A stretch of DNA of 64,000 bases from Thermodesulfobacteriota bacterium. Lineage in GTDB: Bacteria; Desulfobacterota; Desulfobulbia; Desulfobulbales; SURF-16. Numbering within the stretch: position 1 is the stretch's first letter; every line of letters begins with the position of its first letter. The DNA is taken from contig JAYEPA010000110.1 of assembly GCA_034723545.1 (NCBI GenBank), positions 1,242 to 65,241 on the forward strand, read 5' to 3'. The position numbers were made by a program, and so were the translations under genes. Below, one piece after another: positions 9,016-17,088 of this stretch. The notes under the pieces are model-generated. The model worked only from the letters and a program-made list of their open reading frames with translations, made no database searches and was not told where the DNA came from.

Positions 9016-9123
9016 GTAAGCGATCACAGGCACCGAATCTTACCGCGATCAGGGCGTCTGACATAGAGGGGCTATAGTCACCCGCCCTGCTTACGGTAAT
9101 CTCAGGCATCTGTGAACGCTTAC
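9016..9123. mobile_element. Palindromic MITE-like repeat with GTAAGCG termini (copy g)
   Basis: GTAAGCGATCACAGGCACCGAATCTTACCG ... CGGTAATCTCAGGCATCTGTGAACGCTTAC are inverted arms. The core GATCAGGGCGTCTGACATAGAGGGGCTATAGTCACCCGCCCTGC is related to the other family cores. One arm plus about 60 bp of flank recurs at 23172-23262. Confidence 0.55.
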
Positions 9124-9187
9124 AGAATAAGGAGTTACTCGAAAGTTTGGTGTTTTTACCCCGTGATTGGTTACATGCTTAATAGCA

Positions 9188-10483
9188 TCAGTCTCTTAAC
9201 GCTGGATTAAAATAGCCAAAGCGTAAATCTGGAAAAAGATTTTTCAACTTACTCAGCCAGTTCTGCATTCCCATGGGCTTTTGTTTGGGACGATACTGGA
9301 CGGTTTCAAGGTACCAGTCCGGATCCATATTTAGATTGCGCAACTGGATTAGATCAGGCCGATAGAGATTGATAAGATCGCAAAGCGCTTGAAATTCATC
9401 CGGGTCATCCGTAAAACCAGGCAGAATGAAATAATTGAGGGATACAAAGCGGCCTGCTTTTTTCATGACCAAAATTGATTCCAGGACGTTTTTAAAACTA
9501 AAATCTTTTGGTCGGTAGTAGAGGGTATGGCATCCCTTGCGGCTACTGTTTATGCTGACTCGGATGGAGTCGAGTCCGGCTGCGGCAAGCCGCTCCACCG
9601 CCGCCGGCAGACTGGCGTTGCTGTTGAGATTGATTGTCCCGCAGTCTGTCTGTTTGCGGATCAATCGTATTCCTTTTTCCAGTGTCTCGGCCTGGAGCAG
9701 TGGTTCCCCCTCGCAACCCTGACCGAAACTTACAACACCTCCTTTTACCTGATTGAGATGTGGCACGGCAATTTCAGCAATTTCTCCTGGAGAGGGCACG
9801 AAACGGATGCGATCCTGGGTGGAAGGGCAGCACCCCGAGGCTTGCAGTGAAATGCAGCCCACACATTTCGCATTACATGCCGGCGAGGTTGGCAAAGGGG
9901 CCTCAAAACGGTTGAGAAAAAAATTTTTCGCGGCAGGACAGCCATAGGTCAGGCAACATTTGCCAAGATGCTGAATGAGGCGGTTACGGGGAAATTTATT
10001 TAATTTTTTTACGGTTTTTTCTCGAAGCAACTGTGGATTGAAACCTGCGAAATCCTGCCTGGGATCATTATCACTACGAAAACCGCAGACCCAGAATTGA
10101 TCCTGATACCAGCCCACCGCAGTATAGGCAAAAAGCGGCAGCGGTATTGGCTCGGGCCTGATTTTTTCAAAGGCAGCGGTGTAAATCGCTGTATGGGCCG
10201 GCGCCATAAATGCCGCTACTGCCTGGATCCCTTCTCTAGCATCGTCAGGGCTGTTGTCAAGCAGAACAGGATCGCCGGTTTCCGGATCAATACCAATAGG
10301 CAGACGGTCCGGCAGGACAAAAAGATCGCTTCCCTCGGGCAGAGGGATCATTTCCGTGAGTTGTGGCTTGAAAAACCAGTGACCGCTTCGGCCGGCCATG
10401 GTGAGGCCCGGGAAATCCTTGATCTCACCCCTGCGATTAGCAAAGACAAGAGAGGGCTGCTTATCGGGATGAATCGGCTTCAT
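9188..10483 (-). CDS. Radical SAM enzyme with a roughly 190-aa N-terminal extension, function unknown
   Basis: CNAKCVGC (CX3CX2C) and GCEGEPLL motifs. Additional Cys clusters CCLTYGC and SGCCPS. Not RimO/MiaB-like by eye. Confidence 0.8.
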   Translation of the reverse strand: MKPIHPDKQPSLVFANRRGEIKDFPGLTMAGRSGHWFFKPQLTEMIPLPEGSDLFVLPDRLPIGIDPETGDPVLLDNSPDDAREGIQAVAAFMAPAHTAIYTAAFEKIRPEPIPLPLFAYTAVGWYQDQFWVCGFRSDNDPRQDFAGFNPQLLREKTVKKLNKFPRNRLIQHLGKCCLTYGCPAAKNFFLNRFEAPLPTSPACNAKCVGCISLQASGCCPSTQDRIRFVPSPGEIAEIAVPHLNQVKGGVVSFGQGCEGEPLLQAETLEKGIRLIRKQTDCGTINLNSNASLPAAVERLAAAGLDSIRVSINSSRKGCHTLYYRPKDFSFKNVLESILVMKKAGRFVSLNYFILPGFTDDPDEFQALCDLINLYRPDLIQLRNLNMDPDWYLETVQYRPKQKPMGMQNWLSKLKNLFPDLRFGYFNPALRD

Positions 10484-10496
10484 TGATTAACGACTG

Positions 10497-10550
10497 GTAA
10501 CTATTCAGGGAAGGTTAAAAATGCGCCTAAGCGCCATGCTGAACAGTTAC
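10497..10550. mobile_element. 54-bp mini hairpin element with GTAAC...GTTAC termini and an 8-bp TSD
   Basis: GTAACTATTCAG ... CTGAACAGTTAC, flanked by AACGACTG at 10489-10496 and again at 10551-10558. Confidence 0.7.
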
Positions 10551-10598
10551 AACGACTGGAGGTTTAAGGTGACTAAGAAACGGCACGGAGAATTGATT

Positions 10599-11030
10599 TT
10601 ACTGCCGGGGGCGAATTTGATTCATTACCGAATCCACTGCTTTATAAACATCAAGATCATCGCCAAAAATATCTTGAATTTTTGGGTGTTTAATCAGGTC
10701 TTCAACAATGTATTGGAGGAGATAAAGACTGATAAAATTCGCATCGGGCACAAGCTGTCTCACCGGGGCGATTTTAAACTGGATGTCAAACTCCTCCATG
10801 TCCTGGAGTTTTTGAAAAAGTGCTGCAAAAACTTCACGGATGGCACTATCGGAGGATGTTTCAATAATGTGTTGATCCAGGAGGCGCTGCACCAGCTTCA
10901 TCGCCAGTTCGTCAGCATATTTGCAGGCAGCCGACAACATGAAGCGTCTTTCTTTTTCCCGTTTCCTGTCAATGCTCCTTACAGCCCTGTCACCAGCACC
11001 GTAAGGATTGTGGGCATGATGGCCACCCAT
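10599..11030 (-). CDS. Hypothetical protein (about 143 aa)
   Basis: AGGAGA lies 7 nt upstream of ATG 11030. The ORF track extends to 11159, but that N-terminal part is AT-rich and not protein-like. The body is helical and acidic/basic. No family recognised. Confidence 0.5.
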   Translation of the reverse strand: MGGHHAHNPYGAGDRAVRSIDRKREKERRFMLSAACKYADELAMKLVQRLLDQHIIETSSDSAIREVFAALFQKLQDMEEFDIQFKIAPVRQLVPDANFISLYLLQYIVEDLIKHPKIQDIFGDDLDVYKAVDSVMNQIRPRQ

Positions 11031-11256
11031 ACGTATTTCTCCTGTAATGTAATAGTCTGTTATTTTAAAATTGTAAGATCTGAATTCTTGCGTACTTGTA
11101 CACTTTGTAAAGTAATTCAGCCACAATTTTTTCTTGTTATCTGGGAAGTTCCAAGTCAACGACGAAAAGCAGCGTGATGAGATTATTTTTGCCTGTCAAT
11201 TTCGTAACAGTTCACCAAGGGCTAAAATTTTTGTGGATACTCCTTATTGTAAAAGT

Positions 11257-11397
11257 TTACCAGTGCCCCAGATGTGTGCAGGTAAGCGAAACATAGCGAA
11301 GACTCCGAGCAGGCTGGCGAACTATAGTAAGCCTATGTGAGCTAGCCTGATCGTGCGCAGGTAGCGAGGGACGAGACTCCGGATGGGGTGCTGGTAA
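11257..11397. mobile_element. Palindromic MITE-like repeat (copy c)
   Basis: TTACCAGTGCCCCA ... TGGGGTGCTGGTAA inverted ends. The core CAGGCTGGCGAACTATAGTAAGCCTATGTGAGCTAGCCTGATCGTGCG is shared with the copies at 35090 and 62540. Confidence 0.55.
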
Positions 11398-11401
11398 TCT
11401 T

Positions 11402-11887
11402 TTACTCAATTTCATCCCGCAGCCATGCCTCGACCTCGGAGATGGTTGGCTGGCGTCCGGTACATTTAATTTCATCATTTATGATCAGGGCCGGGGTGCT
11501 GATCACGCCGTGACGCCAAATCTCATCAAGATCATGGATTTGATCAATATCCGCCTTGACTCCCAGACGCTGGAGGATATCAAAGATCATGCTGTTCAGT
11601 TTGTTACAGCTCACGCAACCGGGGCCGAGGATACGAATTGAAAGGCCTTGCTCATTGTTTTCCTCACTTGCACCGATATGTCGCAGATACTCCCGCTTCA
11701 GCGCCTCACGATAAGCGGTTTCAGCTTGGGGCGGGATATAATTTTGTCCGGCCATCTGTGAATAGATCAAATCAACGGCTTCCTGGACAGGTAGCCTCCT
11801 GCCTGCAGCCTCTTGAAGAGAAATATCCAGGCCAATTAAGCCGACGCTTGCGTTATCAATTTTAATGGTACGCTGATGTTGTTTCAT
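11402..11887 (-). CDS. Thioredoxin-fold protein (small redox-active-disulfide type) with an unknown 80-aa N-terminal domain
   Basis: C-terminal IRILGPGCVSCNKLNSMIFDILQRLGV...TPALIINDEIKCTGRQP is typical of the small glutaredoxin-like thioredoxin family. The gene starts 22 nt after the upstream helicase gene stop. Confidence 0.65.
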   Translation of the reverse strand: MKQHQRTIKIDNASVGLIGLDISLQEAAGRRLPVQEAVDLIYSQMAGQNYIPPQAETAYREALKREYLRHIGASEENNEQGLSIRILGPGCVSCNKLNSMIFDILQRLGVKADIDQIHDLDEIWRHGVISTPALIINDEIKCTGRQPTISEVEAWLRDEIE

Positions 11888-11909
11888 GATCTAACGTCGA
11901 CTCAACCCT

Positions 11910-14900
11910 TTAAAACAGACTCAACTGCGTCGCTTTGGATTTCTTTTTTCTCTTTTGGTGGATGATTTGCAGGTCTTTTGCCGGGAGCTCCCTGATGAAT
12001 CGTGAAATATGCTGCCTGGCGGATTGTCCTCCACCTCGTCCGGTAGAACAGGAGAGGGTCAGTCTTTCCATGGCCCTGGTCATGCCCACATAAAAAAGAC
12101 GCCGCTCTTCTTCAATATCTGTCCGCTCAAAGGCAAGATAAGGGGTCAGCCCCTCTTCGAGACCGGTGATAAAGACCGACGGGAACTCCAACCCCTTGGC
12201 TCCGTGCAAAGTTACAAGAGTTACGGCCTCCGCCCTGTCGTCGTAAATGGTGGATGTCCGATTGTGTCTGAGATGAGCGGCGAAATCGTTCAGGGAACGG
12301 AAAACCATGGCAAGTTCAAGGAGTCTTTTTGCCTGGGGACAGTCCGGCTTGACATGAAGAAAAGACATTGCCGTTTTTAATACCGAAATCAAGCCATCCC
12401 CGCTCACTTTGCTGTTAATCTGTTCGAATTGACCTTTAATTTCTTTGATGATGGTCCGGGCTCTTGGGGGAAGATTTAGCTGGTCAAATCCGCTGAAAAA
12501 GTCAGTATCCGCAAGAGGCGGATGGTTTTCAATTTTACTTGTTGTAGCCGGGCCGATGCCGGGCATTTCTTTCAATAGATTAATGAAATCGACCGGTTCC
12601 GCTTTGCGGACGGCAATCTGCAGCCAATGATAGAGCGCTCTTATTTCTTTTTTCATGAAAAAAGGAGTGGCGCCGACGAGCTGGAAGGGGATCCCTCGTC
12701 GTTCCAGAGCCTCAGCCAGAGGAAGCGCCTGACGGGAAAGCCGGTACAAAACAGCAAAATCACTGAAACCCGTTTCACTTAACCCGTCACCGCCCCGGCC
12801 GCTGTTAATGGAAAAGCTGCTGATGCCGCCCATGGTCTCTTCAATGGTCTTGACAATAAATTCAGCTTCAGCCTTGGGAGATGTTGCCTGATAAAAACTG
12901 ATTTGACCAGGCATCCTGAGCTGGGGTTGCAGCCTGACATCACTGTGTATCGTGTTGTGACGGATCAATTCACTGGCTGACTGCAAAATAACAGGCGCGG
13001 AACGGTAATTACGATTCAGCGTCAAACACAAAGTCTCTTTATTTTCACTGAATTGAAAAAAGAAGTTGAGATTACTTCCCCGAAAAGCGTAAATTGCCTG
13101 GTCAGGATCGCCGATGGCAAACACGTGGGCGGATTCGGCCAGTATTTCGACAAGATCATACTGGGCCTGATTCAAATCCTGGAATTCATCAATAAAAAGA
13201 AAATGAACACTTTTTTTGACACGATCGGCAAATTCAATATCAGTCATCAGAAGACGGACGAAAAAAGGAATGACCGCCTCAAGATCGATAACCTTGCGCT
13301 GCTTCAATTCGGCAAAATAGTCCCGCAGGCGGGAGTCCATCACAGTGAGATCATTTGTGGCGGTTTGCAGCGTGCTGAGATGGGTGTCAATTGCCTTTTT
13401 AAGTTGTGTCAGTTCTTTTCCAGCAGTTGACGGAAAAAGATGACGCAGAACAAGATCCCGGTTTTCATCGCCCAGCACGGTAAGGTCCGTTTCTTTTTTG
13501 CGCAGCCAGCTCAGGCAAAAATTGTGAAAGGTACCGATAAAGACTTTTTCTCTATCCTTTCCGCATTCCCTGATGATGCGTTCTCTGACCTCATCGGCGG
13601 CCCGGTTGGTAAAGGTGATGACGGTTATGTTTTTCGGTGATTTTTTTTGTCTTAGAAGATGGGCGAGACGGGCCACCAGGGTAAAGGTCTTGCCGGTGCC
13701 TGGTCCTGCTGAAACAAGAATTCTCCCGGCCTGGGAGTCAATGGCTGTCTGCTGTTCCGGGTTGATTTTTTCTGTTTTTTGCTGGGGAATCTGAATTGTT
13801 TCAGTAGAAAAAAGTAATGGGGTAATATTTTTTTTCGCGCGACTTTTTCTTTTTTTTGGCCTTTTTCCGCCGAACAGACTGAGCTGACCGGCAAGGGCAT
13901 CAATCTCACCATCCTCGAAAACGTGGATCACGCCGAATTCCCCGTCAAAACCGGGTTTTTTAATCACCTTGTTGGCGCGGATTCTTTTAATCGCCTCACC
14001 AAGTACGGTTGAGAAACCGTTAATCTCTTCAACAGGCGTCTCCAGCAGGAGGGTGAATTCCGAACCGAAACGGGAAATCACCCGGCAATATTCCTTCATG
14101 ACTGTCTTGCTGTTAGGGCCATAACCGGCGATTTCTCCGAGTACTTCGGCCAGGGGAATAAGGCTGTGAAAGCCCGGTGAACCGGGCGGATAGAAGGGTT
14201 TTTTACGGTCAGCCAGATCATAAACCCGGTGACTGACGCCAACGGTCAACGGCCGGCCGCAGACTGGGCAGATTGCGTTGATCCTGCGGGTCTCCAAGGG
14301 CTCCAGGCAGACCTGACATTTTCGGTGGCCGTCAAGATGATACTTACCTTCCTCCGGATAAAATTCAATGGTGGACTGAAACCCTTTGGCCGGATTTTTC
14401 ATGGCCTCCCGCATGGCAAAAAAATTAAAATCCGTATCAAAGAGATTGGCCTCGCGGCCAAGTTTGCCTGGGGAATGACAGTCTGAATTGGATATCAACG
14501 TATAGCCGTCAAGGGCCGAGATCAGCCTGTTCATGTCCGGATCCGATGACAGGCCGGTTTCCAGGGCGAAGATATGGCTGGTGAGGTCTCCGTAACAATC
14601 CTCAATCCTGTCAAAACCGGATCTTGAGCCAAAAAGAGAAAACCAGGGAGTCCAGATATGGGCCGGAACCAGAAAACCCTTCGGACAGTTCTCCAGCAGG
14701 ATTTCTAGAAGATTACGGGAGTCAAGACCAAGAATGGGCCGACCATCGGATTCAATATTGCCGATTCCGGCAAGGGTGGAATTGATTCGTTCCACAGAGG
14801 CAAAGTCCGGGGCAAAAAGGAGATTATGGACCTTGCGAACCTGATCGTGCCGTTTATATATGTTGCTGATCTCGGAAGTAAGGACAAAACGCACCGGCCG

Positions 14901-15146
14901 CTCTTCAGGCGTGACTTGATCAAGAGCAGGGCTAACCTTTTCATCTTTCAGCCTGAAAAAACCCGGTTCGGCCGGAATCAGCTTTTCTTTCAGCTGCGAA
15001 AACCAACCTGGATGAGTAAAATCCCCGGTCCCGATGACCTGGATGCCCTTGACCCGAGCCCAGGCAAAGAGTCCGGCAAGGTTACTGGCCTTGCTGGTGG
15101 CCCTGGAAAAGAGAGAATGGATGTGGAGATCGGCTATGTAATTCAT
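11910..15146 (-). CDS. Endonuclease-Q-like PHP nuclease fused to a UvrD/PcrA-type SF1 helicase
   Basis: N-terminal about 420 aa: ADLHIHS, GTGDFTHPGW, NSDCHSPGKLGREANLF, GKYHLDGH, CPVCGRPLTVGVSHRV, IPLAEVLGEI, FGSEFTLL. Basic linker GGKRPKKRKSRAKK. Helicase motifs SAGPGTGKTFTL, IDEFQDLN, NYRS, LHGAKGLEF, FYVGMTRA. Confidence 0.85.
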   Translation of the reverse strand: MNYIADLHIHSLFSRATSKASNLAGLFAWARVKGIQVIGTGDFTHPGWFSQLKEKLIPAEPGFFRLKDEKVSPALDQVTPEERPVRFVLTSEISNIYKRHDQVRKVHNLLFAPDFASVERINSTLAGIGNIESDGRPILGLDSRNLLEILLENCPKGFLVPAHIWTPWFSLFGSRSGFDRIEDCYGDLTSHIFALETGLSSDPDMNRLISALDGYTLISNSDCHSPGKLGREANLFDTDFNFFAMREAMKNPAKGFQSTIEFYPEEGKYHLDGHRKCQVCLEPLETRRINAICPVCGRPLTVGVSHRVYDLADRKKPFYPPGSPGFHSLIPLAEVLGEIAGYGPNSKTVMKEYCRVISRFGSEFTLLLETPVEEINGFSTVLGEAIKRIRANKVIKKPGFDGEFGVIHVFEDGEIDALAGQLSLFGGKRPKKRKSRAKKNITPLLFSTETIQIPQQKTEKINPEQQTAIDSQAGRILVSAGPGTGKTFTLVARLAHLLRQKKSPKNITVITFTNRAADEVRERIIRECGKDREKVFIGTFHNFCLSWLRKKETDLTVLGDENRDLVLRHLFPSTAGKELTQLKKAIDTHLSTLQTATNDLTVMDSRLRDYFAELKQRKVIDLEAVIPFFVRLLMTDIEFADRVKKSVHFLFIDEFQDLNQAQYDLVEILAESAHVFAIGDPDQAIYAFRGSNLNFFFQFSENKETLCLTLNRNYRSAPVILQSASELIRHNTIHSDVRLQPQLRMPGQISFYQATSPKAEAEFIVKTIEETMGGISSFSINSGRGGDGLSETGFSDFAVLYRLSRQALPLAEALERRGIPFQLVGATPFFMKKEIRALYHWLQIAVRKAEPVDFINLLKEMPGIGPATTSKIENHPPLADTDFFSGFDQLNLPPRARTIIKEIKGQFEQINSKVSGDGLISVLKTAMSFLHVKPDCPQAKRLLELAMVFRSLNDFAAHLRHNRTSTIYDDRAEAVTLVTLHGAKGLEFPSVFITGLEEGLTPYLAFERTDIEEERRLFYVGMTRAMERLTLSCSTGRGGGQSARQHISRFIRELPAKDLQIIHQKRKKKSKATQLSLF

Positions 15147-15252
15147 GATACATTTTTGACATTTGTAGAGTTCATCATTAAGGTAGGAGGCATATTAAAT
15201 GGTTTAAAATGAGCTGTCCATGGTTTTAATATTTCCCTTACAGGAGTTGAAC

Positions 15253-16161
15253 ATGTCTGAATATATTGATGTCATCATTGTCGGTGCCGGTCCCGCCGGT
15301 TTACAGGCCGCTGTCCATGCAGCCAGAAAAAAGGCAAATGTCCTGATTCTGGGAAAACCCGAGCAATCTAATATTTATCGGGCCCATGTGGAGAACTATC
15401 TTTGCGTTGACGGTGTGACGGATGGGGGTGAAATGGTCACGATCGGTCTGGAGCAGGCCACCCGTTTCGGCGCCGAATTTGTGGAGGAGGATGTCCTTGG
15501 CATCGAACAGGAAGGTAATTTTTATATCGTCAGGTCGGAAAACAGAAAATACATCGCTCGCAGTGTTATTCTGGCAACCGGAACGTCGAAAAAAAAGCTG
15601 AAAGTCAAAGGTGAAAAAGAATTTACAGGCCGGGGAGTCAGTTACTGCGTAGATTGTGACGCCAATTTTTTTCGAAATGCCAAGGTCGCGGTGGTGGGCA
15701 ATGGCAGCGGTGCCGTGGACGGAGCCTTGACCCTTCTTAACTATGCCTCTGAGGTTTATCTTGTTGCCAAGGAACTTAATGTTTCACGGGGGTTAAGGGA
15801 GAGATTGTCCGTCAGCGAGGTGAAGCTAAAGGAAGGCGTCTGGCCCAGTGCAATCGCAGGTAAAAACAACGTGGAGTTCTTTATTCTTGATGATGGCTCT
15901 TCTCTTGAAGTAGAAGGGGTCTTTGTCGAGCTTGGCGCCAAGGGCGCCATTGAACTGGCCACAACCCTCGGGGTCACGCTTGACATGGAGACTTTCAGCC
16001 ATATAGAAGTAAACAGAAAGATGGAAACCAATCTGCCTGGGGTTTACGCTGCCGGTGACATCACCGGTCAGCCGCACCAGATGGCAAAAGCCGTGGGAGA
16101 GGGTTGCGTGGCAGGCTGGAATGCAGCCAATTATGTCAATAAGCTGAAAAGAAAAGAGTAG
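15253..16161 (+). CDS. Thioredoxin-disulfide-reductase-family FAD oxidoreductase
   Basis: VIIVGAGPAGLQAAVHAAR (FAD), SYCVDCDANFF (CxxC), VAVVGNGSGAVDGAL (NAD(P)H), GVYAAGDITG. AGGAG lies upstream of ATG 15253 (the ORF track start is 15220). Confidence 0.75.
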   Translation: MSEYIDVIIVGAGPAGLQAAVHAARKKANVLILGKPEQSNIYRAHVENYLCVDGVTDGGEMVTIGLEQATRFGAEFVEEDVLGIEQEGNFYIVRSENRKYIARSVILATGTSKKKLKVKGEKEFTGRGVSYCVDCDANFFRNAKVAVVGNGSGAVDGALTLLNYASEVYLVAKELNVSRGLRERLSVSEVKLKEGVWPSAIAGKNNVEFFILDDGSSLEVEGVFVELGAKGAIELATTLGVTLDMETFSHIEVNRKMETNLPGVYAAGDITGQPHQMAKAVGEGCVAGWNAANYVNKLKRKE

Positions 16162-16180
16162 TAATCTGCAAAATCGTAAT

Positions 16181-16627
16181 ATGAATTTTATGGAGTTGGC
16201 CTTGATCGAGGCAGAAAAAGCGGCTGGCCGTGGAGAGGTTCCTATAGGCGCCGTACTTGTTGATTCGGAAGGTTATATACTGGCCGCGGACAGCAATCGA
16301 ACTATCGAACTCCATGATCCCTCCGCCCATGCCGAAATTCTCGTCATGCGGCGGGCTGGTGCAAAAACAGAAAATTACCGGCTCACCGGCACCACCCTTT
16401 ATGTGACGCTTGAGCCCTGCGTCATGTGCGCCGGAGCCATGGTTCATGCCCGTATTGACAGGTTGATTTTTGGCGCATTCGACCCCAAGGGCGGTGCTGT
16501 GCTGTCCTGCTATCAGGTCGGACAAGACAGAAATTTAAACCATTCATTTTCCGTGCAGTCCGGGGTGATGGCCGAAGAGTGCGCTTCTCTTCTTCGCTGT
16601 TTTTTTCAGCAGAGAAGAAAAAGGTAA
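16181..16627 (+). CDS. tadA: tRNA adenosine(34) deaminase
   Basis: HAEILVMR and TLEPCVMCAGAM zinc-deaminase motifs, about 148 aa. Confidence 0.9.
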   Translation: MNFMELALIEAEKAAGRGEVPIGAVLVDSEGYILAADSNRTIELHDPSAHAEILVMRRAGAKTENYRLTGTTLYVTLEPCVMCAGAMVHARIDRLIFGAFDPKGGAVLSCYQVGQDRNLNHSFSVQSGVMAEECASLLRCFFQQRRKR

Positions 16628-16714
16628 TTTTTTACTAAAAATTTTCATTTTTTTCTTTCAAAACCATCTTTTTAAGGGTAAGTTATCCCGCTTGATTGGG
16701 TTAATTCCCAACAA

Positions 16715-16802
16715 GGAGAGGTGACCGAGAGGCCGAAGGTGCACGACTGGAAATCGTGTGTACGGCAACGTACCGAGGGTTCGAATCCCTCCTTCTCCGC
16801 CA
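16715..16802 (+). tRNA. tRNA-Ser (anticodon GGA)
   Basis: GGAGAGGTGACCGAGAGGCCGAAGGTGCACGACTGGAAATCGTGT...GGGTTCGAATCCCTCCTTCTCCGCCA. It has a class II long variable arm, the acceptor stem pairs, and CCA is encoded. Confidence 0.9.
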
Positions 16803-16818
16803 AATTTGATATCGGTTT

Positions 16819-16931
16819 GATAGCCAGGTCCCGCGCAACAGAGGCTCATGAACTCCGTCAGGTCCGGGAGGAAGCAGCGGTAATGAATCCCTTCTGTGTG
16901 CCGCGGGGGTGCCTGGCTATCATTTTTTTTA
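16819..16931 (+). ncRNA. ffs: Signal recognition particle RNA (small 4.5S type)
   Basis: Conserved GTCAGGTCCGGGAGGAAGCAGC domain IV motif. The 5' GATAGCCAGG pairs with the 3' CCTGGCTATC, and a T-run follows. Confidence 0.8.
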
Positions 16932-16955
16932 CCTTTGATGAACCCGTAAAAAGTC

Positions 16956-17061
16956 TTTTTTTCACCACAGAGCACACAGAGCACACAGAGAGCACTGAGA
17001 ATTTTTTTTATTATAATTAGTTGTCTCAGTGCGCTCAGTGTACTCTGTGGTTAGTTTTTAC
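16956..17061. repeat. CACAGAG-type hairpin repeat
   Basis: GTAAAAAGTC...CCACAGAGCACACAGAGCACACAGAGAGCACTGAG / CTCAGTGCGCTCAGTGTACTCTGTGG...TTTTTAC. Close homologue of the copy at 48350-48460. Confidence 0.7.
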
Positions 17062-17088
17062 GAAATCATCACCTTTCCCCTGTGATGC

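Noticed and set aside
10521-11177. 218-aa plus-strand ORF
   Set aside because: The composition is not protein-like (Cys/Phe/Ile-rich with no motifs). It overlaps a better minus-strand gene that has a good RBS (10599-11030), as well as repeat fragments. Treated as a shadow ORF.
16658-17020. ORFs on both strands across 16658-17020 (for example the one containing TEHTEHTESTE)
   Set aside because: They run through tRNA-Ser, the SRP RNA and the CACAGAG hairpin, so they are translations of RNA genes and repeats. The same applies to 35751-36122, 39876-40073, 11134-11478 and 62437-62634.
16956-17061. The hairpin repeats as a CRISPR array
   Set aside because: There is no series of constant-length direct repeats separated by unique spacers. 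The copies are single inverted-repeat hairpins scattered in different intergenic regions, and there are no cas genes.
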